From the NCBI RefSeq assembly GCF_006345805.1, contig NC_043018.1, forward strand, positions 1,984,001 to 2,048,000: a stretch of DNA of 64,000 bases. Reading direction: 5' to 3'. The stretch's first letter is position 1, and every line of letters begins with the position of its first letter. This DNA comes from Octopus sinensis (Eukaryota). The notes under the pieces were generated by a model. The model had not been told where the DNA came from. It did no database searches and saw only the letters and a program-made list of their open reading frames with translations. Positions 1-13,179 of this stretch are shown in pieces. A program made the translations under genes and the position numbers.

Positions 1-565
1 GGCGTGTTCAACATGACACGAAAGTTATAAATTATAAGATAATTCGAAGCTAATCAACAACCTCCAGTGAAGCATTTTTAACGAAAGCCGATTATATTGA
101 GGTATTAAGATTTCAGATGTACTTTGAAAAATATGCTGAGTATTTTCTGCCTGTTAGATCCAGAAGAATTCCTCAACTGTGTATACCACTTACCAGGACT
201 ATCTGATTTTGTTACGGTGGCATTCTGCATAGGCGCCTTCGATAAGCTTTTGCTTTAAAAGGCATCATTTTGATACTCATGTGTAGTCGAATTCACGTCA
301 CTAGTGTAGAGCGTGCATGATTTATAAGATATATTTAGGGAGATAATTTTTTATTTTCATTTATCCAAGTAACTTTAAACTAACTTTACCTACATAATTT
401 AGATACCGTTCTTTCTTACCTCTCACAATCCTCACAACACAACCAATCTCTGTCTCTATCCCTCTCTCTTTCACTCTCTGTTTCCCACTCTGTCTCGCTG
501 TTGCTCTGTCTGTCTGAATCTCCATCTCTCTGTATCATTCTTTCTCTCCCTCTGTCTCTCAGTCT

Positions 566-604
<39 letters not shown>

Positions 605-1091
605 ACTCTTCAATCGAAAGCAATGGGACTTCTTGATTGCTATCATTTAGATTTTTCGTATAAAATCTTCGTGACTGTCAATACACATCAAACGGTTACT
701 GGCAGAAATGAAACGGTTACGATGTTTATCCAGCGACGTCTGACCACTACACATCCTGAAAAGAGTTGAACTCTGAAAAGACCAAGATTTCCACTACAAA
801 AAATAGCAATTTAATAAAATATTTGAATAATCCTGACCCCCAAAATAATTTTTCACTTACGGACACAATCACAAAACTATGACACTCCGAACTCTGACAT
901 TTCACAGAATTCAGGAAATTTTGATAACAGACTTATTTTGAATTTGGGCGAATGAAAGTCAACATTATTTATACAACATCAGCGAGAATTGCGCCGAAAA
1001 AAGGCTTGAAATGTGGAGTTTTGCGACAAAATTAATTACGAATCTTATATTATTTTAGATGCTGTAGTTGCTGCTGATATGAAAATCCTAT

Positions 1092-1285
1092 CATCACCCT
1101 CCTCCTCCTCCCCTTCTTAATCCTCCTCCACCCCTCCGCTTCCTCCCCATCATCATCACCATCATCACCACCATCACCATCATCATCATAATCACCATCA
1201 TCGTCATCGTCATCATCATCATCGTCATCGTCATCATCATCATCATTATCATCATCATCACCACCACTATCATCACCATCATCAC

Positions 1286-1318
<33 letters not shown>

Positions 1319-1352
1319 TATTATTATTATTATTATTATTATATTATTATTA
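1092..1352. repeat. (CAT)n/(TAT)n compound microsatellite
   Basis: Direct reading; explains the poly-Met ORF 1094..1318. Confidence 0.95.
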
Positions 1353-1585
1353 ATACGAAATATATTAATTTAGTGAATATTTCACGACACAGAATAGAGA
1401 AATATATGAAGATATTCATGAATTTATGAATGTACATAAATACACGCATACATATATCTATACAAATAAATTGCATGTATATATATATATACATATATAT
1501 AATATATATATATATGTGTGTGTGTGTGTATATATAATATATATGTATATATGTTTGTATTTATATATATGTATATGAATATGTG

Positions 1586-1647
<62 letters not shown>

Positions 1648-1734
1648 TATTAGAGACAAAACCACTATTTTGCAAAACAAACAAGGAAAGACTTAATCAA
1701 TACATAAAATTTTAATAAATAGTCAAAAAAACCG

Positions 1735-1777
1735 CCACTACAATCGTTTCTTGTCTTGATCGACAATCTTCAGGTGG
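1735..1777 (-). ncRNA. Minimal type-I hammerhead ribozyme, canonical core
   Basis: Minus strand reads CCAC-CTGAAGA-TTGTC gatcaa GACAA-GAAA-CGATTG-TA-GTGG; about 95 nt from the (TA)n ending at 1640. Confidence 0.85.
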
Positions 1778-1964
1778 ACTTCCAATAAGTCAGTTTCAAA
1801 TTATATATATATAAGAATTTAAGACAGAAGGTAGCAGTAATTTCCGGTGTGGCGAAGGTAATATAAAGTTCACGAAATATATGACTATTTTTAATAACGC
1901 TAACAATACGGAGAATGATTTTAGCCATGTTTGCACTATCTTAAGATGATATCGGACAAACAGT

Positions 1965-2061
1965 TCAAGTAGACTCTGATGAAGTTGCGCCGATAATTAA
2001 CGCCAAAATGTATATTTGACAGCGTACACTGTCTTGCAACAGAAACGGGCGTAGTTCTTGA
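1965..2061 (+). ncRNA. Degenerate type-I hammerhead
   Basis: CTGATGA-aGTTGC...GCAACa-GAAA-CGGGCG-TA; stem I imperfect (TCAAG/CTTGA). Confidence 0.55.
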
Positions 2062-2152
2062 CAACGAAGATGTGATTAACTGCAAAATAAAACTTGGATG
2101 TGTAAATCTCTATTCTCCTGATTATAATTTCATTATATACATACATACATAC

Positions 2153-2268
<116 letters not shown>

Positions 2269-2306
2269 GTATATATATACACATACATTATATATATATA
2301 TATATC

Positions 2307-2342
<36 letters not shown>

Positions 2343-2543
2343 ATATGTATATATGTGTTATATATGATAAGCATATGCATACACACACACACACGCTCAC
2401 ACAAACATACACACGCACACACATACACACGTACACACATACACACACATACACAAACATGGCTGGATGGATTTTTTCACGAATGTAGATATTTCTAAAT
2501 GTGAATTTGTACATTGTATGTAACTGTACAAACGCTTTCATGG

Positions 2544-2574
<31 letters not shown>

Positions 2575-2674
2575 TGTATGTATGTATGTATGTATGTACG
2601 TATATTTGTTTGTGATACAGTTATACGTATAAAGTTTTAACGCAAATATCTTGAAGAATATATATTTACCGTTT

Positions 2675-2714
<40 letters not shown>

Positions 2715-2872
2715 TATATTATATAATATAATATATATATATATAGTGTGTGTATACATGCACTCCCGCATCTGAGTATGCGTGTTGTATAAGTACGTTT
2801 ATCCATGGTCATACATTCTTATACGGATCTGTGGAAGCCCGTATATATTCATACCTACCCATATATATATAT

Positions 2873-5080
2873 ATATAAGAATGAATGTTTTTATATATAA
2901 TGAACGTGAAATACAGGAAGGGACGAACACGGAACACAGACAAATCATTCGAAGCCTTCAATCTTCAGTCAGACACCGAATCATCATAGCAAATTTCGGC
3001 TGTTCAATTCTGATATTTGCTCCAACTCGGCCAGCCCCAAGAAAAAAAACTAAGCTGTAAGCATTAGATTTCTTGGTAGAAGACAGGAATGTGAACGCAC
3101 AAGACGGATGTGAATACAAGAGACGAAAGAAAATTGAAAACAGTAATGAAAAAACAAAATGTATATAACGGTGGTTGTCATACGACTTTAGACCAAATGA
3201 GACAAAACAACAACAACATAGCAGCTGGCGTAGAAATATTACCGTTTCGGTAGCGGGGACACATGTTGGTCGAGATACGAAGGCCAACAGAATGGTTGAA
3301 GAAGCAGCAGGTCAGGAGAGAGAGAAAGAGAGACAGAGAGAGAGGGAATCAAAGAGGGTGGAAGGCAGGGGACAGAATCAGTGACCAGAGAAGAAGGAGA
3401 AAAGGGATTAAGGAAGAAAGAGGAGGATGGGAGGAGAGAGGGGAAGAATCGGAGGGCGCCAAAAAAGTTTGGTGAAGAAGCAATGGCGGGTAGAAAAAGA
3501 CAGTGTGTATAGAAGTCGTGCAGGGTTTAAAATTGGACAAACAAACGGGGGGGGGGGTGCACGTAACGCCGCAAAATATAAGAATGAATGTTTTTATATT
3601 ATGAACGTGAAATACAGGAAGGGACGAACACGAACACAGACAAATCATTCGAAGCCTTCAATCTTCAGTCAGACACCGAATCATCATAGCAAATTTCGGC
3701 TGTTCAATTCTGATATTTGCTCCAACTCGGCCAGCCCCAGAAAAAAAACTAAGCTGTAAGCATTAGATTTCTTGGTAGAAGACAGGAATGTGAACGCACA
3801 AGACGGATGTGAATACAAGAGACGAAAACGAAATTGAAAACAGTAATGAAAAAACAAAATGTATATAACGGTGGTTGTCATACGACTTTAGACCAAATGA
3901 GACAAAACAACACAACCATAGCAGCTGACGCAGAAATAATTACCGTTTCGGTAGCGGGGACACATGTTGGTCGAGATACGAAGGCCAACAGAATGGTTGA
4001 AGAAGCAGCAGGTCAGGAGAGAGAGAAAGAGAGACAGAGAGAGAGGGAATCAAAGAGGGTGGAAGGCAGGGGACAGAATCAGTGACCAAGAGAGAAGGAG
4101 AAAGAAGGGATTAAGGAAGAGGGGAGGAGGATGGGAGGAAGAGAGGGGAAGAATCGGAGGGCGCCAAAAAAGTTTGGTGAAGAAGCAATGGCGGGTAGTA
4201 AAAGACAGTGTGTATAGAAGTCGTGCAGGGTTTAAAATTGGACAAACAAGCGGGGGGGGGGTGCACGTAACGCCGCAATAATATAAGAATGAATGTTTTT
4301 ATATATAATGAACGTGAAATACAGGAAGGGACGAACACGAACACAGACAAATCATTCGAAGCCTTCAATCTTCAGTCAGGAACCGAATCATCATAGCAAA
4401 TTTCGGCTGTTCAATTCTGATATTTGCTCCAACTCGGCCAGCCCCAAGAAAAAAAACTAAGCTGTAAGCATTAGATTTCTTGGTAGAAGACAGGAATGTG
4501 AACGCACAAGACGGATGTGAATACAAGAGACGAAAACGAATTGAAAACAGTAATGAAAAAACAAAATGTATATAACGGTGGTTGTCATACGACTTTAGAC
4601 CAAATGAGACAAAACAACAACAACATAGCAGCTGGCGTAGAAATAATTACCGTTTCGGTAGCGGGGACACATGTTGGTCGAGATCGAAGGCCAACAGAAT
4701 GTTGAAGAAGCAGCAGGTCAGGAGAGAGAGAAAGAGAGACAGAGAGAGAGGGAATCAAAGAGGGTGGAAGGCAGGGGACAGAATCAGTGACCAAGAGAGA
4801 AGGAGAAGAAGGGATTAAGGAAGAGGGGAGGAGGATGGGAGGAAAGAGGGGAAGAATCGGAGGGCGCCAAAAAAGTTTGGTGAAGAAGCAATGGCGGGTA
4901 GTAAAAGACAGTGTGTATAGAGAAGTCGTGCAGGGTTTAAAATTGGACAAACAAACGGGGGGGTGCACGTAACGCCGCAATAATATAAGAATGAATGTTT
5001 TTATATATAATGAACGTGAAATACAGGAAGGGAAACGAACGGAACACAGACAAATCATTCGAAGCCTTCAATCTTCAGTC

Positions 5081-5084
<4 letters not shown>
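2873..5084. repeat. Tandem repeat, about 703-bp unit, about 3.1 copies, flanked by (TA)n
   Basis: Anchor ATGAATGTTTTTAT recurs at 2881, 3584, 4289 and 4991; copies near-identical. Confidence 0.95.
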
Positions 5085-5144
<60 letters not shown>

Positions 5145-5298
5145 TATATATATATACATATATATATGTTATATACCTATATATACATATATATGTATAT
5201 ATATGTTATATATATATATATTTTTATATATATACAATGTATATGTATATATACATATATATACATATATATGTATATATATGTATATATATGTATAT

Positions 5299-5352
<54 letters not shown>

Positions 5353-5774
5353 GATATATGTATATATATATATATATATATATGCACGCGAACAAACACA
5401 TAAATATGCCTGCAGTCTGATGAATCAAACAATAAATGATAGTTGTGTGTGTGTGTGTGTGCTTGTATGTGTGCGCGTATGTGTGTGTCTGCGTACACGT
5501 TTATGTTGACGAGTATGGTTGTATTTTTCCTCCAATCTGGATTATATATTTATAATGCGCTTTATATTCATATTGCATTGTATCTAGAGGTGAGAAATTC
5601 ATTTTTATACAAGAATAATTTTTTCAACGTTTCATTGATTGAATAGTTCTTTAGAATGTTCGAGATATACACACGACGATGATGTGTATAGAATATGTAT
5701 ACGTACGCATACATAAGTATTTCTATTTCTAAATTTATATAGAAAATATCTACTAATATATATACATCTGCATG

Positions 5775-5807
<33 letters not shown>

Positions 5808-5878
5808 ACATGTATGTATGTATAGATATATGTATTATATAATATCTATATATATATATTATATATATATATATAAAG

Positions 5879-5932
<54 letters not shown>

Positions 5933-6104
5933 CGCATATGTATGTATATATATATATATATATATATTACGGAGATGTACTTGCATAGCAAGTGACCTGA
6001 TCTGAGGTCATGTGCTGGAACGAAAACAATTGCAGTGTGGAAGGTGTTTATAAGCCATTTAAGAAACACAAAAACCGTTAGATTCACTTCATCATTTATA
6101 TTTA

Positions 6105-6487
6105 ACTAGCAGTATCGCCCGGCGTTGCTCAGGTTTGTAAGGGAAATAACTATATAAGCATTTTTAGAGAGTTATAGCCAAAAAATAGCAAAAAATGGAA
6201 AAAAATGATGGTAAATTTTTTTAGAGTTAAAAAGGTGGAGTTGCGTCCCCTAGACGGTCTGTGGTTTGGGTTTCTGATTCTCGACCCCTGTCGAATTTAT
6301 CGATTTTTTCAGAACTGGGGAACTTTTCAAAATTTTCGCTGCGTTAGTTTTGAATTATGACATTGGGCTATGTGTGTGTCAAGTTTCATCAGAATCGGTT
6401 GAAAGCCGTGGTCAGAGTGAGGGTACGAGAAAACAGACAGACACACAGAAAACGCACAGACAAACTGCCGTTTATATAGAGAGAGAT
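6105..6487 (+). mobile_element. Non-autonomous Helitron2/Helentron-like element inserted into a hammerhead-bearing element
   Basis: Starts ACTAGCAGTATCGCCCGGCGTTGCTC; ends with (CAGA)-rich tract and TTTATATAGAGAGAGAT; similar termini at 13180-13969. Confidence 0.6.
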
Positions 6488-6537
6488 TTGTCAAAATATT
6501 TTCGTCGCTTTGAGACCGCGACATGTTCACTGACAAA
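6487..6537 (-). ncRNA. Type-I hammerhead-like motif with G3:C8 swapped core
   Basis: TTTGTCA-GTGAACA-t-GTCGC ggtctcaaa GCGAC-GAAA-ATAT-TT-TGACAAA. Confidence 0.65.
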
Positions 6538-6573
6538 ATTCCGTGCTGCATCTTATTATAATATTATATATAC

Positions 6574-6802
6574 AAGGCGGCGTGCTGGCAGAAACGTTAG
6601 CGCGCCGGGAGAAATGCTTAGCTGTATTTCATCTGCCGTTACGTTCTTAGTTCAAATTCCACCAAGGTCGACTTTGCCTTTCATCCTCTCGGGGCCGATA
6701 GATAAATTACCAGTTTCGCACTGGGTCGATGTAATCGACTTAATCTCTTTGTCTGTCCTTGTTTGTTCCCTCTATGTTTAGCCCCTTGTGGGTAGTAAAG
6801 AA

Positions 6803-6804
<2 letters not shown>
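6574..6804 (+). mobile_element. tRNA-derived SINE family A (GGCGGCGAGCTGGCAGAAACGTTAG head)
   Basis: A/B-box-like head, GTCGACTTTGCCTTTCATCC core; more than 12 copies in the window. Confidence 0.9.
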
Positions 6805-6846
<42 letters not shown>

Positions 6847-7469
6847 ATTATACATAATAATATCTATCATTGTATCTATGCGTGTTTGTCTGTGTGTCTA
6901 TGTATCTATCTTGCAAAATATACCGCTACACACATGAAAATAGAGAGAGAGAAAGATGTAAAGAGAGAGGGGGTGATAGGAGGGTGAGAGGAAATAGGTT
7001 AACATATGTTGTAGGAGAATGGAATCGAATCTCTTGTAGAATAATGATTTGTTCAGTATAATCACTGTTGTTTTTACTTAAAAGTGATTAACGATTATAT
7101 CAATAATGCGTATATAATACAAAAATTCAATAAAAAGTACGTCGCAATCTGTATATTCAAATTCTCTCCTCCACGCAATATGAAATTCAGTTTATACATA
7201 TATATATACACATTTGTTGTGTTTTTATAAGCGTCGAAAATGGGTATTGTACGATACAAATACGATGGTAATTTATTCGAACGCCGAAACACCATTAGAA
7301 CAGAACTTTTGCTTAAAACCTATACATACATAAATATATACATACATACATACATACATACATACATACATACATACATACAGACAGACAGACATACACT
7401 CACACACACACATACACACACACACACACACACATATATATCTTCTGCGGCAGCCATTTTGCCCCCTGA

Positions 7470-7753
7470 GTCTCATCAAGTACATCAATACATAAAGTTA
7501 CGTCTCTAAAGATCCCGAGTTTTGGCAGTCATGTTGTTATATGCCCGTCTAGTTAGAGAATGGAACATTGCTACAATTTTCAATCACTAATATCTTAATG
7601 TTTGCAATTCTTATTAAGGTAATATAATGGTAATTGAAAATCGTAGCAATGTTTCATTCCGTAACCAGACAGGCATATAACAACGTGATTGCCAAAACTC
7701 AAGATCAATCTTTAGCGAGACACAGCTTTATGTATTGATGTATCTGATGAGAC
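7470..7753. repeat. Diverged inverted repeat, about 130-140-bp arms
   Basis: 7470-7599 is the approximate reverse complement of 7613-7753. Confidence 0.85.
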
Positions 7754-7802
7754 CAAGACTGCAAAAGGGAGGCAACACAAGGGTCGAATCGACCGTTGTA
7801 CA
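7739..7802 (+). ncRNA. Type-I hammerhead with one core mutation (GAAT)
   Basis: TGTAT-CTGATGA-GACC...GGTC-GAAT-CGACCG-TT-GTACA followed by AATAAA. Confidence 0.7.
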
Positions 7803-7870
7803 AAATAAAAGTTAATATCAAATCTATCGTCTCGTTACTTATGTAATTATCATTATTATTATTATTATTA

Positions 7871-7937
<67 letters not shown>

Positions 7938-7950
7938 CATTATTATTTTT

Positions 7951-8519
7951 CAGTAGTTTTATTTTTTATAGCGTGCTTTCACTTCACTACCGAGCGCAGC
8001 TCTGTGTGCCTTGGGTATGTGCTGTGATTTGTTGTGATGCTTTGATGGTTATTGTATGGAAAGTGTTCTGCGTAGGATGTGTGCAGTGCCTAGGAGTGCA
8101 ATTTTCTGTATGTTATACGTGTTTGTAAGTCCTGGTGTTTTTGTTATGTATTTGTCTGAATATTTATCATGCCTAATGCACCTACTATAATAGGAATTGT
8201 TTCTGTTTTTAGATTCCACATTCTGGTTACCTCCATTTCCACGTCTTTGTATTTTGAAAGTTTCTCCATTTCTTTTAGAGACGCGTTGTCATCTGCCGGT
8301 ATTGATACATCAATTAGAAAGCATTTTTTTCTTCATGATCTCTGACAACTATATCTGGTCTGTTGGCCTTAATTTCTCTATCTGTGTGTATCGGCATATC
8401 CCAGAGTATGGTTGCTTTCTCGTTTTCTGTGACCTTTTCTGGTGTGTGCCTATACCATCTTTTTTCTGTTGTTATTCCATAATGTTCGCATAGCTTCCAG
8501 TGTATGTAGGTTCCAACTC

Positions 8520-8520
<1 letters not shown>
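7951..8520 (-). mobile_element. 5'-truncated Dong/R4-type RLE non-LTR retrotransposon in (TAA)n
   Basis: Translates ILWDMPIHTDREIKANRPDIVVRDHEEKKCFLIDVSIP...IPIIVGALG...LLGTAHILRRTL (PD-D restriction-like endonuclease), with frameshift; (ATT)n on both sides. Confidence 0.9.
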
Positions 8521-8577
<57 letters not shown>

Positions 8578-8713
8578 GTTGTTGTTGTTGTTGTTGTTAT
8601 TATATATTATATTATTATTATTATTATTATTATTATAATTATTATTATAATTATTATCATTATCATCATTATTTTTATTATTATTATTATTATTATCATT
8701 ATGATTATTATTA

Positions 8714-8767
<54 letters not shown>

Positions 8768-8768
<1 letters not shown>

Positions 8769-9127
8769 TTTTTTTCTTCTTTCAAATTTGCTTCCATTTC
8801 TTGCCGAGTGTCTTCCCGACTCCTAGGGCAAAGAAACTCATAGTATACATTGGCAGGCCATTAAACCAAACTCAATAGTTCGTTCATTTTTTCTTTTTTT
8901 TAAGTTATATTAAAATACATGAGCAGCAACAGTTCTCACGTCGACAATGCTCTTCTCAATACGTGTGATGTACCAGTTAAGACAAACTTTTGCACTTCTT
9001 GCAGGGATGGTAAGCCAGGGATCATTCTCATATAATTTTCGGTTCCCTTCTTGATCATTCCTAGTGCTCCTACGATCACGGGTATTGTAACCGCCTTGAG
9101 ATGCCACATTTTCTCAATTTCAATGAG

Positions 9128-9131
<4 letters not shown>
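8768..9131 (-). mobile_element. Second Dong/R4-type 3' fragment in (TAA)n
   Basis: EIEKMWHLKAVTIPVIVGALGMIKKG...LTGTSHVLRRALS; 3' UTR differs from the 7951 copy. Confidence 0.88.
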
Positions 9132-9200
<69 letters not shown>

Positions 9201-9225
9201 GTTGTTATTATTATTATTATTAATA

Positions 9226-9259
<34 letters not shown>

Positions 9260-9572
9260 CATCATCATCATTATTATTATTATTATTATTATCATTATTA
9301 TTATTATTGTTATTATTATTATTATTATTATTATCATCATCATCATTATTATTATCATTATTATTATTATCATCATTATTATTATTATTATTATCGTTAT
9401 TATTATTATTATTATTATCATTATTATTATTATTATTATTGTTATTATTATTATCATTTTTCTTCTTCTTTTTATTATTATTATCATTATTATTATTATT
9501 GTTATTATTATTATTATTATTATCATTATTATTATTATTATTATCATTATTATTATTATTGTTATTATTATT

Positions 9573-9796
9573 ACGCTGCATTGATAAAGGGCAACAGCCC
9601 TGAAAAATGTCTGCAGCTGTCTGACTAGCAGGATGAGACGGCTGACCTCCCCTGTTCGAAGGTTTGTAATGGACGCAGGTTGTGTGTCAAATAGCCAGCT
9701 GCAGGCGGTGGCTATTAGTATGGCGACAACTTTTAATTTCCAGTGACGCTGCCGTAATCTTCTTTTAGAGAGACTTAGTAAGTTTATATTTTCTAC
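9573..9796 (+). mobile_element. Retrozyme-like element, partial copy
   Basis: Homologous to 17722-18087 in opposite orientation and circularly permuted. Confidence 0.8.
9575..9617 (+). ncRNA. Type-I hammerhead, U3:A8 core
   Basis: GCTGCA-TTGATAA-AGGGC aaca GCCCT-GAAA-AATG-TC-TGCAGC. Confidence 0.8.
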
Positions 9797-9802
9797 TATA
9801 TG

Positions 9803-9864
<62 letters not shown>

Positions 9865-11199
9865 TAACATACATATATATATATATTATATGCGTCTCGG
9901 TGTGTGCGCGCGAATCCATGGTCATGCATGAACATGAAGATATGTATATGTATGGGCAAGCATTTAAATGCGAACGTATTTACGCATAAATATCATTATA
10001 TATTCATTATTTGCTCATTTATGATTTATGTATTTGTTTATTTATATATTTAGTGGAAAAGTAATGCAAATTAAAAGATATATCTATAACAAAAATTATG
10101 ACAGGAACCGCATCAACAAAACTATCAAACATATCCCCCACCAAAATTCTACATATGTTTCAATGAGACAGTACGTGTGAATCATATTATCAAAACTGTA
10201 ACTTCTATAAATCTAAGAAACGATATATTGTCGGATATCGTCAGGAAAAGTAAGTATATTTTCCTGTCTTGACTTACGAAATGACTTATTTGTAAACTAT
10301 ATTTAGGAATTTCCAAATGTAAACGATAGGACGCAGAGTTCATGTGATTAAAAATTGGTCATTTAAAATTTAGCTGATATTGAAAGTTGAAATACTGCTA
10401 AAATATCATATTTGTTTGAAAAATATAGCTACATTTATATTTAAATTCAAATATATTTATAAAAGTTTATGTGAGGGAAATGGTAGATAGAGAGATGTAA
10501 CTTATCATGAAGTGTTTAATATACAAAGAATTAGATTGAGAAATGTTAATAATGATAGAGCGAAAAGTATGTTTATATTATATTACTATAATTTTTTGAA
10601 GAACTACAGAGAAATATATTTATATTTGCAATATGTTACAATATTGATGATTCTAACATAATGTCGGATTGAAACATAAGTAGCTTTTTAAAGATATTTT
10701 TGGTTGTTTTGTTGATGCGGTTCCTTTTATACTTCTCCTTACAGGTAAATCTTTTAATTTGCATTACTTTTCCATTGTGATACAAATTGAACGAACCAAG
10801 TATCAATTATATTTTCTCTTCTCCATTTTACTTTTATTGGCTCTTTATGTTATGAAACTGCTTATGCTTTTTTATTGAGGAATTTTCTATCAATATATTT
10901 GGTTCAACCCAGCTGGCATCTGGAATGTTTTTAACAATCCCTTACGGGGATAATATTACTCCCTCAAATTGTGTGTGTATATGTATATATACACACATTC
11001 ATAAATATATACATACATATATGTGTATATACATACAAATTACTAATTATATATAAGTTATATAAATATATTTATATATCTTATATTTAATTATTAATTT
11101 GTCTCTACGGATGTACGCCCGCGGCCATTACGTTATTATATTTAGAAATAATATCATTCTTTTATATACATACATACATACATACACATACACACACAA

Positions 11200-11239
<40 letters not shown>

Positions 11240-11245
11240 TTATAC

Positions 11246-11278
<33 letters not shown>

Positions 11279-11280
11279 AT

Positions 11281-11361
<81 letters not shown>

Positions 11362-11547
11362 TATATACAAAGTCACTTCACCCATGTAAACACACTTGCC
11401 TTTCTTGGTCGATTTCCTCCTCTGGAACTTTACTTTCTCCTCATTCTAAAGAAGAGCTGTGCCCGAAAATTAAAAAAAAACGCCATCTTTTTTCCACCTT
11501 TACTGAGCGTCAAGCTAATATATTCCATATGTACAACCTTTTTCTTT

Positions 11548-11591
<44 letters not shown>

Positions 11592-12074
11592 GTCAAATTC
11601 AGAGAGGTTGATACGTACATCTCAGAAATTGTAATCGCTTTACTAAAGAGCTTCACTCAGACATATCAGGCGTTTAGATATTTACGTCAATTTCTGTTCT
11701 GAATTTCAAATCCGACATTGATGTTTTACTCTTCATTCAATTTTAGGGATCAATCAAAACGAAATGTTAAACATATCTGCCTGTTTGAATGGGCAATAGA
11801 GGTTAGAAAAGAAGGGGGAATTAATTTTTCATGTATGACAAGTCCGAATATCGCTCAGAAGAATTGCAAGAAATTCGGGATATAAAATAACATATGTATA
11901 TGGATGCTTCCTCGCAGATATGACACTGAAGATGAATATTGTGGCTCTGATCACGTGGATGATGAGAATTACAATTTTTGGTTTACAATTTTTGGAAGAG
12001 ATAAATTCTTGCACTGACATGGAAAACATAGATATCTGACCTCCACAGCAAAAGATCTTCATAATCCGCCTGTG

Positions 12075-13145
12075 TCTTGCTTATGCGATATTTAGTGATT
12101 AACGATACTAAATCTAGAAAGAAATACCCTTTTGCATCCATTGCATCTTAGTTCTGGGTTGAAATCCGTTGCAGTCCTTCTGTTTACTCCCTTTTGCAAA
12201 GATCAGTTGAGCTTTTCGTGGTCAATACGCTTTGACCCAAACTTTTCACGACCTTCTTTAATTACATTCTGCTAGAATGTTCTGTTCTTTGCCAAGGAAT
12301 AACCAATTTCTAATGCCAATCCAGAAGCTTCAAATTATCCGTAATCGCGTATTTGAATCATGTTTTGATTAATGACTTGGCCTATTTATATTTGAAATCT
12401 CTCTATTAAAAACACTCTTGGGCAACCTGGCATCGTCTACCTTGACAACATGACCAGTTCAATGCATTTAACTGTAGACCAATATTTCCCAACCTCTTTT
12501 TCCCCAGGCACCACTATAACTTTCCAGAAAAATGTATGCTTCATTAGTGGTTGGAAAAAAACAACTTTATTTTTAATGTTTCATAATTATATACTTATTT
12601 TAAAAGAAATATCCATACCATGGCATTAGAATGGCGCTATTCTTTGGCAAATAGTCTTTACAGAGTATGCTTGGCTGGAGAGATTGGTTTGGCTAGGATG
12701 AATATAGATGTATTTTTGCAATGAAAAAATGTTTTTTTTAATGTCCCACTTAAAATAACAAAGAAATCCATTTTAGATATAAGGCCCCACCACACACTTC
12801 CCAGGCCCCACGTTGGGAATCAGTGACAGTCATCTTCTCGATACTTTTTCATGTGCCTCTCCTCACTACTTCCGTAATTCTTATCAAAAATCTGTCTGAG
12901 ACAGTTTGATGAAAACTTTCAAACCATTTTATGTATCGCTTGAATGTTGTGCACTTCTCATATTCATATAACAATACAGTTAATACGCATAATCTCTGCA
13001 TACTTATTTTAATTACCAGATGAAGGTCTGGTTCTTCTGTTCTTTTTCCGCTAATTTTCCGAATGCATGCGTGGCATTTTGAATTCTCTGATTAATTTCC
13101 ACAACAACCGTTCCCCCTGTACTGATAATCCTTCCGAGATACCAA
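12075..13145 (-). mobile_element. Decayed RTE-clade LINE 3' part, interrupted by a MITE
   Basis: YLGRIISTGG..EINQRIQNATHAFGKL; GHVVKVDDARLPKSVF; C-terminal CNGCKRVFLSR..NH; stops and frameshifts. Confidence 0.8.
12480..12825. mobile_element. hAT-type MITE
   Basis: Imperfect TIRs CAATATTTCCCAAC / GTTGGGAATCAGTG splitting the RTE; TSD not preserved. Confidence 0.55.
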
Positions 13146-13179
13146 GACCTGTCGTGTACACTCGTTTGTTATATTATAT

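Noticed and set aside
1-330. Possible LINE fragment at the window start
   Set aside because: No recognisable motif in the frames examined.
752-790. CTGAAAA-GAGT/ACTC-GAAA hammerhead-like string
   Set aside because: 3/8 mismatch, and no stem III, UH site or stem I.
2935-3040. SECIS-like or HDV-like fold on the minus strand of the 703-bp unit
   Set aside because: The ATGA..TGAT helix is out of register and lacks the apical AA; no matching P1 for an HDV fold.
8936-9925. 329-aa ORF
   Set aside because: Chance fusion of (TA)n, retrozyme antisense, (AAT)n and a Dong-type fragment.
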